Under the pieces are notes generated by a model. The model was not told the DNA's origin. It saw only the letters and a program-made list of their open reading frames with translations, and did not search any database. Of a DNA stretch of 64,000 nucleotides, positions 11,101-24,686 are shown piece after piece (the stretch's first letter is position 1; the number at the start of each line of letters is the position of its first letter). The DNA is from Felis catus (taxonomy: Eukaryota), in assembly GCF_018350175.1 (NCBI RefSeq), contig NC_058373.1:116872001-116936000 (forward strand). Reading direction: 5' to 3'. The position numbers and the translations under genes were made by a program.

Positions 11101-14100
11101 AGTTAGGTTGTTGATTTGAGATGTTTCCTGAGGCAGGCATTTGTCACTATGAACTTGCTTCTTAGAACTGCTTTTGCTGTATCCCATAAGCTTTGGTATG
11201 TTGTATTTCCATTTTCATTCTTTTGAAAGTATTTCTTGATATCTCTTGTGATGTCTTCTTTGACCCATTGGTTGTTCAGTACCATGTTATTTAGTCTCCA
11301 TGTATTTGTGAATTTTCCTTTTTCTCATAATTGATTTCTAGTGTCATACCATTATAGTGGGAAACGATATTTGATTTAATTTCAGTCATCTAAAATTTAT
11401 TAAGACCAGTGACCTAACATATGATCCATTCTGGAGAATGTGCTGTGTGTGATTGAAAAGAATTACATTCTTTTGCTTTTGTATGGAATGTTCTATATAG
11501 AGCTGTTAAGTCCATCTGGCCTAGTGTGTCATTTAAGGCTGATATTTCCTAATTGACTTTGTCTAGATGATCTATCAATTGATGAAAGTGGGTTAGCAAA
11601 TATCCCCTATTATTATTGAATTGCCGTTTCTCATTTTAGGTCTGTTTATATTTGTTTCATATATTTAGGTACTCCTATGTTAGGTGCATAAATATATACA
11701 AATGTTACATCCTCTTATTGGATTGGCCCCTTTATCCTTATGTGTCTTTGTTTTAAAGTCTTTTTTGTCTGATAGCAGGATAACTATACCAGTTTTCCTT
11801 TGGTTTCCATTTGCGTGGAATATCTGTTGTCATTCCTTAACTTTCAGTCTGTGTAAGTCCTTATTTCTGAAGTAAGAAGTATATAGACATATACAGAAGT
11901 ATATAGAGGGGTTGTGGGTTTTTTTTTATACAGTCACCCTATGGTCCATTTACATTTAAAGTAATTATTGATAGCTTATACACTTTTTACTGTTTTGTAG
12001 TTCCTCTGTGTTCCTTTCGTCTTCAGCTCTCTTCCTTTGTGGTTTAATGACTTTCTGTAGTGGTGTGCTACAATTCTTTTCCCTTTATTTTTTGCATTAC
12101 CTATTGTTAGGTTTTTACTTTGTGGTTACCATGAGGTTTTCATATAACAACTTATAATACTTTACTTTTGGTTCATTAACAACTTACATTTAAAAGTATT
12201 CTAAAGTTCTACATTTTTACAACCCCCCCCAACAATTTATGTTTTTGATGTCACAGTTTACACCTTTTTTATCTTGTTTATCCCTTAATTAGTTACAGTT
12301 GACCCTTAAGCAACAAGGGGGTATGAGGTATCAACCCCCTGTACAGTAAAAAAATCTGTGTATAACTGTTCACTTTCCCAAAATATAACTATTAATAGCC
12401 TACTGTTGACTGGATGCCTTACCAATAACATAGTCATTTGCAAATATTTTGTATGTATTATATACTGTATTCTTACAATAAAACTAAAGAAAATATTGAA
12501 AACTATAAGAGAAGGTACATTTACAGTACTGTACTGTAAGTCCACCTTGTCTGCTTACATGATTAATCATTGGTCAGTACCTACACCAACTTTGTCTCAT
12601 GATACAAAACACTGTAGATGTCACACGTATTATTAACACTAGCCATCAAAAGTGAAAAGGAATGCATATTTATTTACAAGGATAATATTTATGCACTAAT
12701 GATGAAGCAGCAGCAGTATGATTGCTCTATGGTAGCCTAGTGGAATTGATACGATAGCCTAGCACATACACTAATGAATGAATTGCTATAAAAGTTTTAT
12801 GGCATAAAGTATTAGTATATGTATAGCACAGTTTTAGAAACATGGTTACGCTAAAAAAAAAAAAAAAAACACTTAACCTCCAATAGACTGATACGCAGTT
12901 TTCTCCCAATTACGAGTGAGAGGAATACTTTATGGTAATGTAATTCTTTGAAAGCAAAATACAAAACAGGAAGAACACTAAAACGTTATTACTTTTATAT
13001 TAAATATCACTCACCTTATGCCTATGTAAGGACAAGCTGTTCACTCCCATACGAGACTGGCACATTGCATGATGACTATTTATTTCAACCATGACGATGA
13101 TGACACACAGGTACCTCCTACAGTTCTTGCTGTACAGTTACTAGATTTTCACATGAAAACACTTACATACACAATAGGTAAGTTTATTAGTTGTATGGCC
13201 TGATGATTACTTACTATTCATGAAGCGGAAGTGGATCGTAAAGGTCTTCACCCCATCTTCACACTGAGTAGGCCAAGGAGAGGGAGAAAGACGAGGGGTT
13301 AGCCATGCCGTCTCAGGGCCAGCAGAGGTGGCAACAGAAGTGGGAGAGGCAGACATGTTCCGTGTAACTATGGAAATACACTGCAATTTCTGACTTTTTT
13401 GCTTTTTCATTTCTCTGAATATGTTTCTATACGATAATGACCCTCCACTAGCTTTCCTTTCAGTGTCCACATCATAGGTTCTTGTTGTAAAAGAAGTCAA
13501 AAGCAGTTCTGCATAATCCGAACTCTTCTGTGACAATTTGTTTTCTGGCACTGCTGCTTCTATGTCTCATCATCTGGCACTGGTTTGGAAATACTCCTCT
13601 CCATCAAGTCATCTTCTGTTAATTCCTCTGGTGTGGTGTCTGTTAGCTCTTGGCTTTCCCCAAGATCTACATGTTGAAACCCTTCACCTCCTGCCTTTTT
13701 TTCCCATGTCCACAGGCTCCTTCATGATTTCCTTGGTCGGTTCTGTCATCAATCCTGTGAAGTCCTGCACAACATCTGGACCGTTTTCTTGAGCAGGAGT
13801 TTATTATTTTGGGCTTGGTGGTTTTCACAGCTTCCTCTCTAATGACGATTTCATGAATTTCATGGTGTTTTCTCTATCACGGTTCTCTTCCATAGTGTTG
13901 ACAGTCCTTTTCATAGAGTACTGTGCAGTCAGTCTTAAAGGTTCTTATGACTCCATGATCTGGAGGCTGAATTAGAGATGTCGTGTTTGGGGGCAAGTAA
14001 ACCAACCCTTTGGTATTGAACTCGTGGGGTTCTGGGGGGCCAGGGCCATTGTCCAATATCAAAGAACTTTAAAAGGCAGTTCCTTAATGGCAAGGTACTT

Positions 14101-17100
14101 CCTGACTTCATGGACAAAGCATCAATGGAACCAGTCCAGAAAAACAGTCCTCATTGTCCAGGCCTTCTGGTACAACCAGAAGACTGGAAGCTGGTATTAC
14201 TTCCCTTCAGGGCTCAGAGGTGAGTGAGTTTATAGATAAGGGCGGTCCTGATCCTAACCTGAACTGCACTTGCACAAAATAGTAGAGTTAGCCTATCCCT
14301 TCCTGCTGCACACTTGTCTTCATATGGAGTAAATAATAAGTGTCTCTTATGGCATTTTACGCCAGAATAGAGATTTTGTCTGCATTAAATCCCATTCAGG
14401 CAGATATCCTTTCTCCTCAGTGATTTTCTAAATGGCATCTGGGAACTTGTCTGCTGCATCTTGGTTGGTGGAACTGCTCCTCTGGTTATCTTGAGCATTT
14501 GTAAAACCAAGCCTCTTTCTAAAATTATCAAACGATCCTTTGCTGGCATTAAATTCTACAGCTTCAAATCTTTCACCTTCCTTTTGCTTTGCATTGTCAC
14601 GTGATGACTTTGTTTTTTTCGTGAATCCTATTAGTGTCTGCAGGAATGCCTTTCTTATCATCAGTCCTGCACCCACATAAGAGCTGCATTTTGAATATGA
14701 GATAAAAAGATATTTCACAAAAAGTACGAGGCTTTCGTGCTTACTGGCACAGCTGCAGCATCGGCTTCATGAATCTCCTCTTCTTTTTTCACAATGGTCC
14801 TTAGGCAAGATTCATTTAGCTCAAAATGGCAGGCGGCTACAGGAGCAGACCTCAATCTATAATACATATCAAGCAATTAAACTTTTTTTGTGTAATTTCA
14901 TGTCTTTCTGCTTTTGGGGAAAACTTTGAGCATCGCTAGTAATACTTCGAATGGGTCCCATGGTGTTATTCAGGGTTCATGGTATTGCACTAAACACAAT
15001 GAAAAGTATATGAGAACGGAGATCACTTTTTACTGTGATACCCAGTTTACTGGTGAGAAGAACTGCTCATGTGGAGGTGATTAGCCTCACTTGCATTTTG
15101 AGTGGATATACGTTCCACACCAGGCCTCCTTGCGATAGCAACAGGAAGTAGCTACAAAATCACTGCAGTAGGATGCAGTATGTACTCTAGTTAATTTTGT
15201 GCAATTATGATTTAATACCACATCTTTGTTCATATTTCTCTCATCTGTGAGTGGTGCCATGTACTGTATGTGCAAGTTTTAATGAATTTTAACTTTTTAT
15301 AATAGACATATATATTTTATGCATTCATGACATCCTTACTTTTTTTTGCTATTTCTAAGCTACGTGGTTTGTCTGCAAGTTTTTCAAACGGTTGCAAATC
15401 TCCAAAAATTTTTCCAAAATATTGATAGAAAAAAGTCCACATAGAACCATGTGGTTCAAACCTGTGGTGTTGAAGGGCCAACAGTAAAATAGTTACTTCT
15501 ATTTTGTTTTTTAACCTTCATACTAGGCTTATAAGTAATTATTTTACTAATATGTTTAGTATGTTTTCCTATATGTTTACCTTTTCCAGTAAGATTTATA
15601 CTTGAATGTTTTCTTGTACTAATTAGCACTCGTTTTTTTCAGCTTAAAGAAGTCCCTTAAATGTTTCTTGTAAGGCCAGTCTGGTTGTGTTGAACTTAGT
15701 TTTTGTTTGTCTGGAAAACTCTTTATCCCATCTTCAATTCTGAAGGACAACTTAGTTGGGTAGAAGATTCTTGGTTGGCAGTTTTTTCTTTCAGCATTTT
15801 GAGTACATCATGCCACTCCCTTCTGGTCTGGAAAAGCTTCTGCTGAAGTCTTAATGGGGATTCACTTGTACATAACAAGTTGTTTTGCTGCTTTTAAGAT
15901 ACTCTCCTTATCTAATTTTGGAGATTTGAATTGTAATGTGTCTTGGTGTGGGTCCCTTTACGTTCATCTTATCTGGAACTCTCTGATCTTCCTAGATCTG
16001 GATGGATGTTTCCTTCCCCAGGTTAGGGTACTTTTCAGCCCCTTTCGCTCTCTTCTCCTCCTTGGATCCCTATAATGCAAATGTTGGTCTGTGTGATGTT
16101 GCCCTATAGGTCCCTTAAGCTATTTTTACTCTTTTTCATTCTTTTTCCTTTTTGCTGCTCTGATTGGGTGAGTTCCATTGCCTTGTCTTCGAATCCACTG
16201 ATCCTTTCTTCTGCTTCCTCTAATCTGCTGTTGAACCTCTTTAGTATAATTTTCAGTTCAGTTATTGTATCCTGAAGCTCTGTGACTTCTATTTAATATT
16301 TTCTTGTATTTTCTTTTTGTTGAAGTTATCACTGTGTGCATCCATTCTTCTCCCAAGTTCAGTGAGCATCTTTGTGACTGTTACCTTGAACTCTTTGTCA
16401 GGCAGGTTACTTAGGTCCATTTCATTAAGGACTTTTCCTATGATTTTATCTTGTTCTTTTGTTTGTTACATATTCCTCTGTTTCCTCCTTTGTCTGGACT
16501 CCTTGTGTTGGTCTATGTATTAGATAAGACAGCTGCCTCTCCCAGTCTTAAAGGAGTGGCCTCATGTGGGAGATGAACCTTGCTGTTCAACCCTGCCCTA
16601 GCTCTTTCTTGTCTCTCAAACCTTTGTGATTGTCCAAAGGGCCTATTTTATTTTTAATGGATCTCAGTAGTTGGGGGTGTGCCAAGACCAGTGTCCCCAA
16701 AGGAAAGGATCTCAGCAGCTAGACTTAGACTGATTGTAAACCAGACACTCTGGCAGCAAGTATGCAAATCTAAACAGTCCTGTGGGACCACAAGTGTAAG
16801 CCCCACTGGCCACCAGAGCCAGGCGATTTCATAGTGTCACCTTGGATGGCCAGTCATAAAAATCAGCACACTAGATGAGTGTATAAGTTCATTTCTGAGA
16901 ACAGCAGGCCGGAGGAAAGCAGAGGGCAAGCACAAAGATCGCATCCACTGGCCTCTGTGCCCTGTGAGCACCTCTGTGGGCCCCTAGCTGTGTGCCAAAC
17001 CTGAAGCCTGCCCCTAGGCCAAAGCTCCAGAACAAGCAAATAAGCCTCTGTCACAGGAGGACTAGCAGTTGTTTTGGTCTGCTCTCTGTGCAGTGCCCTG

Positions 17101-17285
17101 CTGGTGGTAGCCTGTCAAGAACTGTCCCTCCAATTGTTTAAATCCCATAGGACCCAGGAACGCATTCCCCCCCCCCCCCCCCCCCACTTGCAGCCACTAG
17201 AGCCAGGTGAGCAAGGGGCATCCCCTGGGTGGCAGCCATAAAAACTGAGACTCCAGATGCATCTAAAAACCTCCTCCTGGCATGC
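8115..17285 (-). mobile_element. Long degenerate carnivore-type L1 (3' UTR to part of 5' UTR), antisense in the intron, split by a Tigger2-family element
   Basis: Continuous antisense L1 3' UTR, ORF2 (e.g. VLNNQWVKEDITRDIKKYF...YQSLWDTAKAVLRSKFI), ORF1 and 5' UTR; collinear with the + strand L1 at 36.2-44.5 kb. Ends approximate. Confidence 0.9.
12296..15484 (-). mobile_element. Full-length Tigger2-family (TcMar-Tigger) DNA transposon, ~3.2 kb, decayed transposase
   Basis: TIRs CAGTTGACCCTT... (12296) and ...AAGGGCCAACAG (15484), each flanked by TA; - strand transposase remnants FNASKGSFDNFRKR (CENP-B HTH) and ILDNGPG...YLPPNTTSLIQPPDHGVIRTFK (DDE). Confidence 0.9.
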
Positions 17286-19759
17286 TTGGTAAGATTTCCA
17301 GACCTTACCCAGACCTGCTGAAGTTCAATTTTAATACACAGGTATAGTTTTGGCATTATATTTTTACCAAACTTCCCAGCTGCTTACTATGATTGGGCAG
17401 ATTTGGCTAACATTAAATTATTTTTTAGAGACTTGTATCCACTGGCTCCCTCCAGCTACCATATGAACCCAGACTTTCCATTGTTCTATCTTTCCTTGAC
17501 TGTGAGGGTATTGCCTGTGGTGTCCACCAGTCATTGTCAGTTCATTCATTTGGTGAGCAGGCAAGTACTAGCTAGGGAAAGGCCTAGTATTGATGCCAGG
17601 CACCTCCATGTTCTTGCCTTTGGTTCATAAATACCTTTTTTGCTCTGTGACCTAACTAGATCCCAATTTTATTAAAGGCCATATTCTGGGACTATGGGTT
17701 TAAATTTGTTCTTTTCCTTTCTCCTCTCTATCCACCTATATTCCAGGGTTCTGCACCCACCCTCCCCACTGTGACCCAGCCCAGCAGATGCCTATTATAG
17801 AACCTCTGGTCCTGCTTGTTTATTATGCCTGTCTGCCCTTATTTCACATTCTGCCTCCATTTGTACTCACCTTTCTCTTCTTTCTCTGCTACTTCTTTGG
17901 AGCAGTGTTTTCTTTGACCCTCCTGCTTGCCTCATTTGCTTTCTCCCTGCTCCCCTCTACGGTCCCCTTCTCGCCGATGGCAGACATCACTCAGGAATCA
18001 GGCCAGCTTCTCTCAGATTCCAGCTGCTTCCTCTCCCCTATCTGGCTTCTCTTTTCTCCACGAGGTCACCCTCCAGTGAACCAGTTGACACACGAAATGA
18101 CCACTTCTTACCATCTAGACTCTAGAAGAAAAAAAAAAAAACCTCCTGGTGGTGACCAAATAGGCCCTACCCTTTTCTCCCCTTGTGCCTCCGCATTGGT
18201 GTTCCTCTTCCCTGAATTCCGTTGCTCCTGTGACAAACCCTTTGTGAAGGCGTGTCTGCGTGGGTCGTGTCAAAGGAGACCCTGTCTTCTAGAGCCTTCC
18301 GTTCTAAGCGACCTGGAAATCACACCCACAGTCATTGTCCAGCCAAGGAAGCCATGTCTTCTCACTTTCCTGAAAGTCAGCCAGCAGCCCAGTGTGCCCC
18401 CCTGTCCTGAATGGAGCAAGCCTTGTTGGGCTGATCCCTCAGCCCTTGTTTCAGTGACTGTCACTGAAATGTGTTTGGGCAACACGGAAGCAGCAACCTC
18501 TTTTTCACGTATGGAAATTTGGGCACCAGAGAGAAAAGGGCAGAGGGGTTGTGAGTGACACACAAAATTGTTCCACCCACTTACCCTTGGTGGGAGCAGG
18601 TTTAAACAGAGCAAAGCGTTTAATATCTGGCAGTATTTGTTGATTTCCATTTACTCATAATTTTGCTAATTTTAAGCACATTAATAACTGGCAGCTGCAG
18701 TTCAGAGCAGTTCTTTATGTAATTTGAAAGGGAAAACAAGCACTAAATATACTCTGGTTTACCAGGCTATCATAATTGGTGAAACTTTTTAACTCCTTGT
18801 AAACAGGTATTTCTGGAGCCACTTAGTGATTTCAGCTGAGCTTTTAGCATGGATTTCTAATCCAGCAGAAAGCATGGATAGCTTTTTAGCATGGATTTTA
18901 GTGCTGCAGTCACACTCTGCCCTGTTGAGAACATTTCCACGTCATGAGCCCAGCAGCCCTCCCACTCTGTTCTCTGCCCTATGAACTTGAGCACTAGCAG
19001 CCTACTGGTGGCTCACTCTCTGTCACAGCTCAGGCTGTGGGACTGCTGTGATCCCAAACCAGTCCCAAGAGTAGCTCCTTGTGCCCTTGGGAAGGGGAAG
19101 AAGGCCAGCACCAATCCTAACATCCCCTTCTTGTAGGAACTCCCATCTGGATAATCGAGCACCCTCACATCATCTGATTCGGTGCTCACACCGCCCTGCA
19201 GACACATCCCCAGGGTACAGGGCCAGCGGGGTCTGGGGAGAAGTCTGTCTTTCCTGCCCCAGGGGTGCCGGGGGTCCACAGGCAGGTGGGTCAGAGTCCG
19301 GGTCCCAGTCCAGTGAGAACGACCCTACTATCCCCTGGAACAGATACCAACAAGCTTCCTGGGCTGGCTTCAAACCCCAGTTGTCTGTCAAACCACACTT
19401 CAGCATCCTAGCCTGAATCCTTGACTGAAAAAAAGCAAGACACTGGAGCCACCCTGGGCCCACTGTAGACAGCTCCCACAAAAGCAGACATGTTGCCTGG
19501 GTGCAAAACTAACTTTTCTGTGTCTCACGCTACTAGAAATGAGATAGAGGGAAGTTACTGAAAAATGAGTTAAGACTGGAAGAAGCCAATTCCTGGTTCA
19601 CATCAGCTTTAGGACAGCCCCTCGTGGCCTGCTGGATTAGAAACAGATTCCAGACAACAACTGAGTTAGAAATCTGCTGTGGTAACAGGAACTGGGTAAG
19701 ACCTTGAGCGGTTCTCCTGTGGGCATGAGAAGTATCTGATCTTTCTTCTCTTCCTGTAG

Positions 19760-19906
19760 GAGAGTTCTCAGCCTCGGACAGCTCCCTCACTGACGTCCAG
19801 GAGACTCGAAGGCCACCCATGCCCGACCCTGGCCTGATGCCCCTGCCCGATGCTGCTGCGGATTTGGATTGGTCCAACCTGGTGGACGCTGCGAAGGCCT
19901 ATGAGG
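19760..19906 (+). CDS. SIPA1L1: SIPA1L1 coding exon ([11 protein letters not shown]...[15 protein letters not shown])
   Basis: ctttcttctcttcctgtag acceptor, G|GTGAGT donor; conserved [14 protein letters not shown] motif. Confidence 0.95.
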
Positions 19907-21238
19907 GTGAGTCTGCTGCAGACCAAACAGGACAGCACAGGACCTGCAGGGCCACACTGGGGTTTGGGCGGTGCGAGGCTCCGGTCCGTCCCTGTCCACT
20001 TGGTTTCCTCCAACACCCCGACAGCACATGGACTTGACCGGCACAGCCAGAAACAGTTGAACCCACAGTTACCGAGTACTCGGTAGGGGCACACGTTGCG
20101 TGATTTAAACAGGTGGAGCCTGCCATCTCCTCCACAGAGGAATTCACAGCATTGTGCCTCACCTGCCCATGCGTGGGGAGGGCAGGGTGTGGGGGGAATC
20201 CCAGCTGTCACTTGACTGAAGAGATCACATGTCCGAGAGTCTTTTACCGCATCATAAAGACATCATTGCAAAGTGCGTGCGTGGTTGGATCTGTTAGGAT
20301 GCTTGGTCCACTTGGCCGGCCCCAGTCTCGACAAATGTCAGGGACACTCCCTTTGTGCTCCTTGTTCACCTCTCCGGACTCTGGTAGCACATTTCCCGTG
20401 ACTAAACGTAATGCTGTATATGTGGACAAAAATTGTCAAATGCCTGTTTTGAATAGACTGACTTCACTCTATGTTCATCAACGTAAACTCTCTGGAAATA
20501 CTCTTTAAAAAACGGTGATAGCAGATGAATGGTGTGGGGCTTGTCTTGCTCTTGCTTGAATTATTAAATGTAGCTATTTAGTCAAGCTAGAGTTTTCAGG
20601 AGAAATGGATTAGGCCACAGAATTCAGAAGTCCGGCCACCATGGCGGAGTCCACAGGGCATCCGTCCCCATGTTAGCTGATGGTACTTCCCCAGTACTGC
20701 CTTGATTTTAACTTTCGATTTGTTGGTCACTCTTTTATCTAAGATGGAAGCAGTTTTGAGTTTTTAACGAGAGGTTTTTCAAACTTTGATTTCGTTCTCT
20801 TGGCTCGTTTTTGGTTTGGTATATTTTGGAATACATATGGTTGGACTTTGGCTGAAGCCAATGGAGATAGCCAGCTATCTTGTGGAAAACATTTCTAGAA
20901 GTGCATTTTATATCCTCACCCGGTGGAAAGCCTTGGTCTGGAAATTTGGCACAATGCCCGTTTCCAGGGAAACATTTCATAGAATGCTACTTTGATGAGT
21001 AATGAAAGGAGGACTACAAATCGATTCACAAGTATTTTTCAAAGAGAACTGACAACGCTACTGTCCTCTTACTGCTTCAACAGTAATTTTTTCCTACACG
21101 GGTCAGGAGCTAGGTTTCGGAGGCCTCTGCACACAGTGTTCAGATCTGACCCTCGGTGTAGGCCAGCTGTTGACGTTTGAGAGATAGGACCTAGGTTGTG
21201 GCTCTAACATCCTGAATGGCTTCTTCTCTCCCTTCCAG

Positions 21239-21353
21239 TCCAGAGAGCCTCCTTCTTTGCTGCTGCTGATGAAAACCACCGCCCCTTGAGTGCCGCGTCC
21301 AACAGTGACCAGCTGGAGGAGCAGGCGCTGGCCCAGATGAAGTCTTACAGCAG
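21239..21353 (+). CDS. SIPA1L1: SIPA1L1 coding exon ([16 protein letters not shown]...AQMKSYS)
   Basis: ttctctcccttccag acceptor, CAG|GTCGGT donor; frame consistent. Confidence 0.92.
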
Positions 21354-23613
21354 GTCGGTTACCCAGTGGTAAGGCCACCGCCCTGCACCGTGTGTCGCCT
21401 CCTCTAGTGACAGCGAGTGTGGGGAAGAGGAGACGGAGGGCTGGATTAGCTGCTCAAAGCTCAGCAGCACAGGGCCAGGCTCATCACATTTTAGAACGCT
21501 TAGTAACTAAGTACCGTAAACATGATTAAACTGTTCTTGGTGACTTAGAATCATGAATAGTCATCATTATTTGACGTCGTGATACACGTATGCCCTCGGG
21601 GCTTATCAGGTAAGGTAAGAAAAATCACTTGCCTTGTAGCCTTGAGCCTGGTTTTGGAATCTGTCCCTCTGCTCTCAGTTGGTCGTGCTCGGGAACATGG
21701 CGCTATCTTTGCAGGTCCCAGGGGGCAGCTTCAGAGCTACATTAGGTCTGGGTCACCAGGGTGGGTAAGAGAGATCAGATATAGAATGAAAGGCAAGCAA
21801 TGACTGAGGCCTTGAGGGTTTCCTTAAGAGTTAGGAGCTGGAATTTTGACTTCGGTTTTAACTGTGTAGAGGCAGACTTCCATTTTCCCTCTGTTTCAAG
21901 CGGTGAGGATGTTGGGTATATATGTGTCATATTATGGATATTAAAGCAGCCCATGGGCTGCCACGGTACACGCATTAGGCGCTCCTTGACACAGAATAAT
22001 TTCATCAATTTGAAATCTCCCTTTAAAACCTTTTGAGGGCAGTTAAGAATCCAGGTATCTCTAAAACTTGGTCAGAAACAGACAATAGGAAAAGTGAGGT
22101 CGGCATAGGTTATCCAGACAGCCTGTGGGACCTGTTCCTGAAGACTCCTCGGAGCAAGTGTGCAAGGAAGTGCCCTTCAGAAGAGAGAAGAGGAGGAATG
22201 TGTTGTTGGTCAGAAGTATAATGGAGGCCGCGTTCACTCCTATCGTGGAGGTATCTCTGGTGGGAGGGCTGCAGTTAGCTTGGCCGTTGAGAACTTTAAG
22301 GAAAAAACCCACCGAGGGTGGGGCCTCCTCCAACAGGGAGAAGTCTGAGTGAACAAGTCCATCTTCCTAAGGATTATTGAGCCAACTAGTTCTTAAATCT
22401 TTGTGGAATCATAAGATGAGGGTGATGGTTGGCACTTTTCTTTTTGTTCAGTGAACAAATAAATGAAGTTAAATGTGTTCTTAAAACTCAAGGCGTACAC
22501 AGACACAAAATTCACTTTGCAAACCTTCACAAGTCAAGATAGGCTGCTAAGGGTTTGAATTGGTCGTCCCCCATCTTAAAAGTTTGCAGATTATCATTTC
22601 ATTTGTTGCACTGTGAGTTTTGCCTTTTGGGCTTGTAGATCTGGAATTAGGTCTAGAATTAGCCAAAGACATCAACACAGTTTGAGACTGCCTTTTCTTG
22701 ATTCCAAAACTTCGGTCTGTCTGTACCTTCCCTTTTGACCTCTGCGAAGTGGTAGCCATGTGTAATCCCAGCGGAAGGCTCTAGATTCTTGGTTGTGTGA
22801 CTCTGAGGTGGTGTATCTGGCTGGAACTCACGGGAACTTTCCACAGCTTGAATTCAGGTAGACAGCAGTTGGACGAAGAACAGTTGACAAGGGTCTTCAG
22901 CCCTTGCCCGGCTGTCTCATCCTCTAACGGTTTTTTTTTTTGGTCCCCCACTGGCCTGGCATTGCTATAGCACTTAGGTAAATTGGGAGAAAGAAAATTG
23001 CAGGCCTTGTTTGCTCATCACAATAGCCAAGGAGACCTTAAGGTTGGACTGACAAGCTTTTGAAACCTGTGGTCTTATTTTTTAACTATTTTAAGATATT
23101 TAGACAAGCTTTCAAGACAAGAGCACGATACCTTAGCTGCAGCCGGATGAGTAACCACAGACTGTTTTACGGGGAACCAGAGACCTAGCTATCCTGGTTG
23201 CCCCGAGGCAGAGCTGACATCAGCCCCTCTGCACACAGAGGAGTGGCTCTCTTCTCCTCAAAGCCGCTGGAGAGAGCAGGGAGCACCGCACTGCTTGACG
23301 GCTGTGTCTGCCAGAAAGTGCCTCTCCCTCTGCCAGAGCCCGTTCTCACTTTCTGTCCCGTATTCTTGTATTCTCTTGTCATGAAGTGACAGCGTCTGTA
23401 ACAAAGGAAGCTAATGATTGGCTGCATTCACCCTTGTATTACCTTTTGTTAAGATTACCTTTTCTTTTTTAAAGTGAAAACGCACACTGGGTCACCGTAC
23501 TGAGTAATCTGACATAAAAAAAAATACAGCGGCCTCACTAAAAAAGGGCCAAACAAACCAAACCCAGCCACAGAGGTTTCTCCTGACACCCGTCTTTTGT
23601 CTCTTGCCCCCAG

Positions 23614-23698
23614 CAGTAAGGATTCCTCTCCCACTCTGGCGTCCAAAGTGGACCAGCTGGAAGGTATGCTGAAGATGCTCCGGGAAGACTTGAAGAAG
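23614..23698 (+). CDS. SIPA1L1: SIPA1L1 penultimate coding exon ([28 protein letters not shown]); alternative start at 23617
   Basis: CAGCAG tandem acceptor at 23611-23616, AAG|GTAAAC donor; start of the C-terminal coiled coil. Confidence 0.93.
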
Positions 23699-24337
23699 GT
23701 AAACACATTCTCAAAGTGCCTGGTCCGTGCAAATTGTGCTTGAACAAACGCCCTTCTTAAGTAGTGTCCGTGGACTGACCACGTGGACCGTCTGTCCCTG
23801 TTTCCTCGGGACACGTGTTCCGCAGGCCACCTGGAGCCCGGTTCCCACTGACTCACACTGCACAAGAAGGGCCTTCGTTGTCACACGTGCAGAACAATTG
23901 TGAAAGCCCCCGAACCCCCGCCAGCCCCACCAAGCCCGCTCTCGGCCTCCCCACTCCTCGTCTCAGGGGTCAGTAGCCCAGACCCACACGTCTTCATTGT
24001 TAATCTGGGCTTTTATACCCCTTCTTCACACAAGAAGAATTGTTTTGTTGCTCAAGTGGCTTTCACTGTGTTAAGCCAACAGCCACCAAAACAATAGTCC
24101 AAAAGTTAAGATGGTCCTTCTCGAAGATGCTCAAGGACCCATGAATGTGTTGGCTTTCCGAAACCAACCGTGGGGAGTCTCCGGAAGACCTGTCCCCTGG
24201 TTTGAGCGAGTCTAGGACCAGGCCACGTTCACACGTTGTTAGCAGATGTTTAGGCTAAAGAACAGAAGTGGGTGAAGGGTACAGACAGATCCCTGGCCAC
24301 CCCTCCCAGCCCTTCTCTCCTCTCCCCTCCCTCCCAG

Positions 24338-24481
24338 GAAAAAGAAGACAAAGCCCACCTCCAGGCGGAGGTCCAGCACCTGCGGGAGGACAACCTGAGG
24401 CTGCAGGAGGAGTCCCAGAACGCCTCAGACAAGCTCAAGAAGTTCACCGAGTGGGTCTTCAACACCATAGACATGAGCTAG
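24338..24481 (+). CDS. SIPA1L1: SIPA1L1 last coding exon ([47 protein letters not shown])
   Basis: Long pyrimidine tract + CAG acceptor; heptad-rich coiled coil; TAG at 24479-24481. Confidence 0.96.
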
Positions 24482-24686
24482 GGCAGGCTGAGGGGACAGG
24501 AGCGGGGGGCACGGGGGTGCTCTCCGGTGAGGCTTGGCAGTCCCTAGCCATGACACTGAAAGCATTCTCTGCCTCCCCACCCCTCCTCCCCGGCCTCCTA
24601 CTCCGGCCCCTCTCGGGGAGTGCACAACATGATTGCAGATCAACAATCATTATCTGCCTTTTGTAGAAAAGAAAAACGAAAAAGTA

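Noticed and set aside
17788..18558. 256-aa intronic ORF
   Set aside because: Leu/Phe/Ser/Pro-rich translation of pyrimidine-rich intron containing an A run; no recognisable domain or exon structure.
18839..18900. Short imperfect repeats (agcttttagcatggattt; also caagtccaacacctgagg at ~47518-47559)
   Set aside because: Ordinary two-copy local slippage duplications; not a spacer-repeat array.
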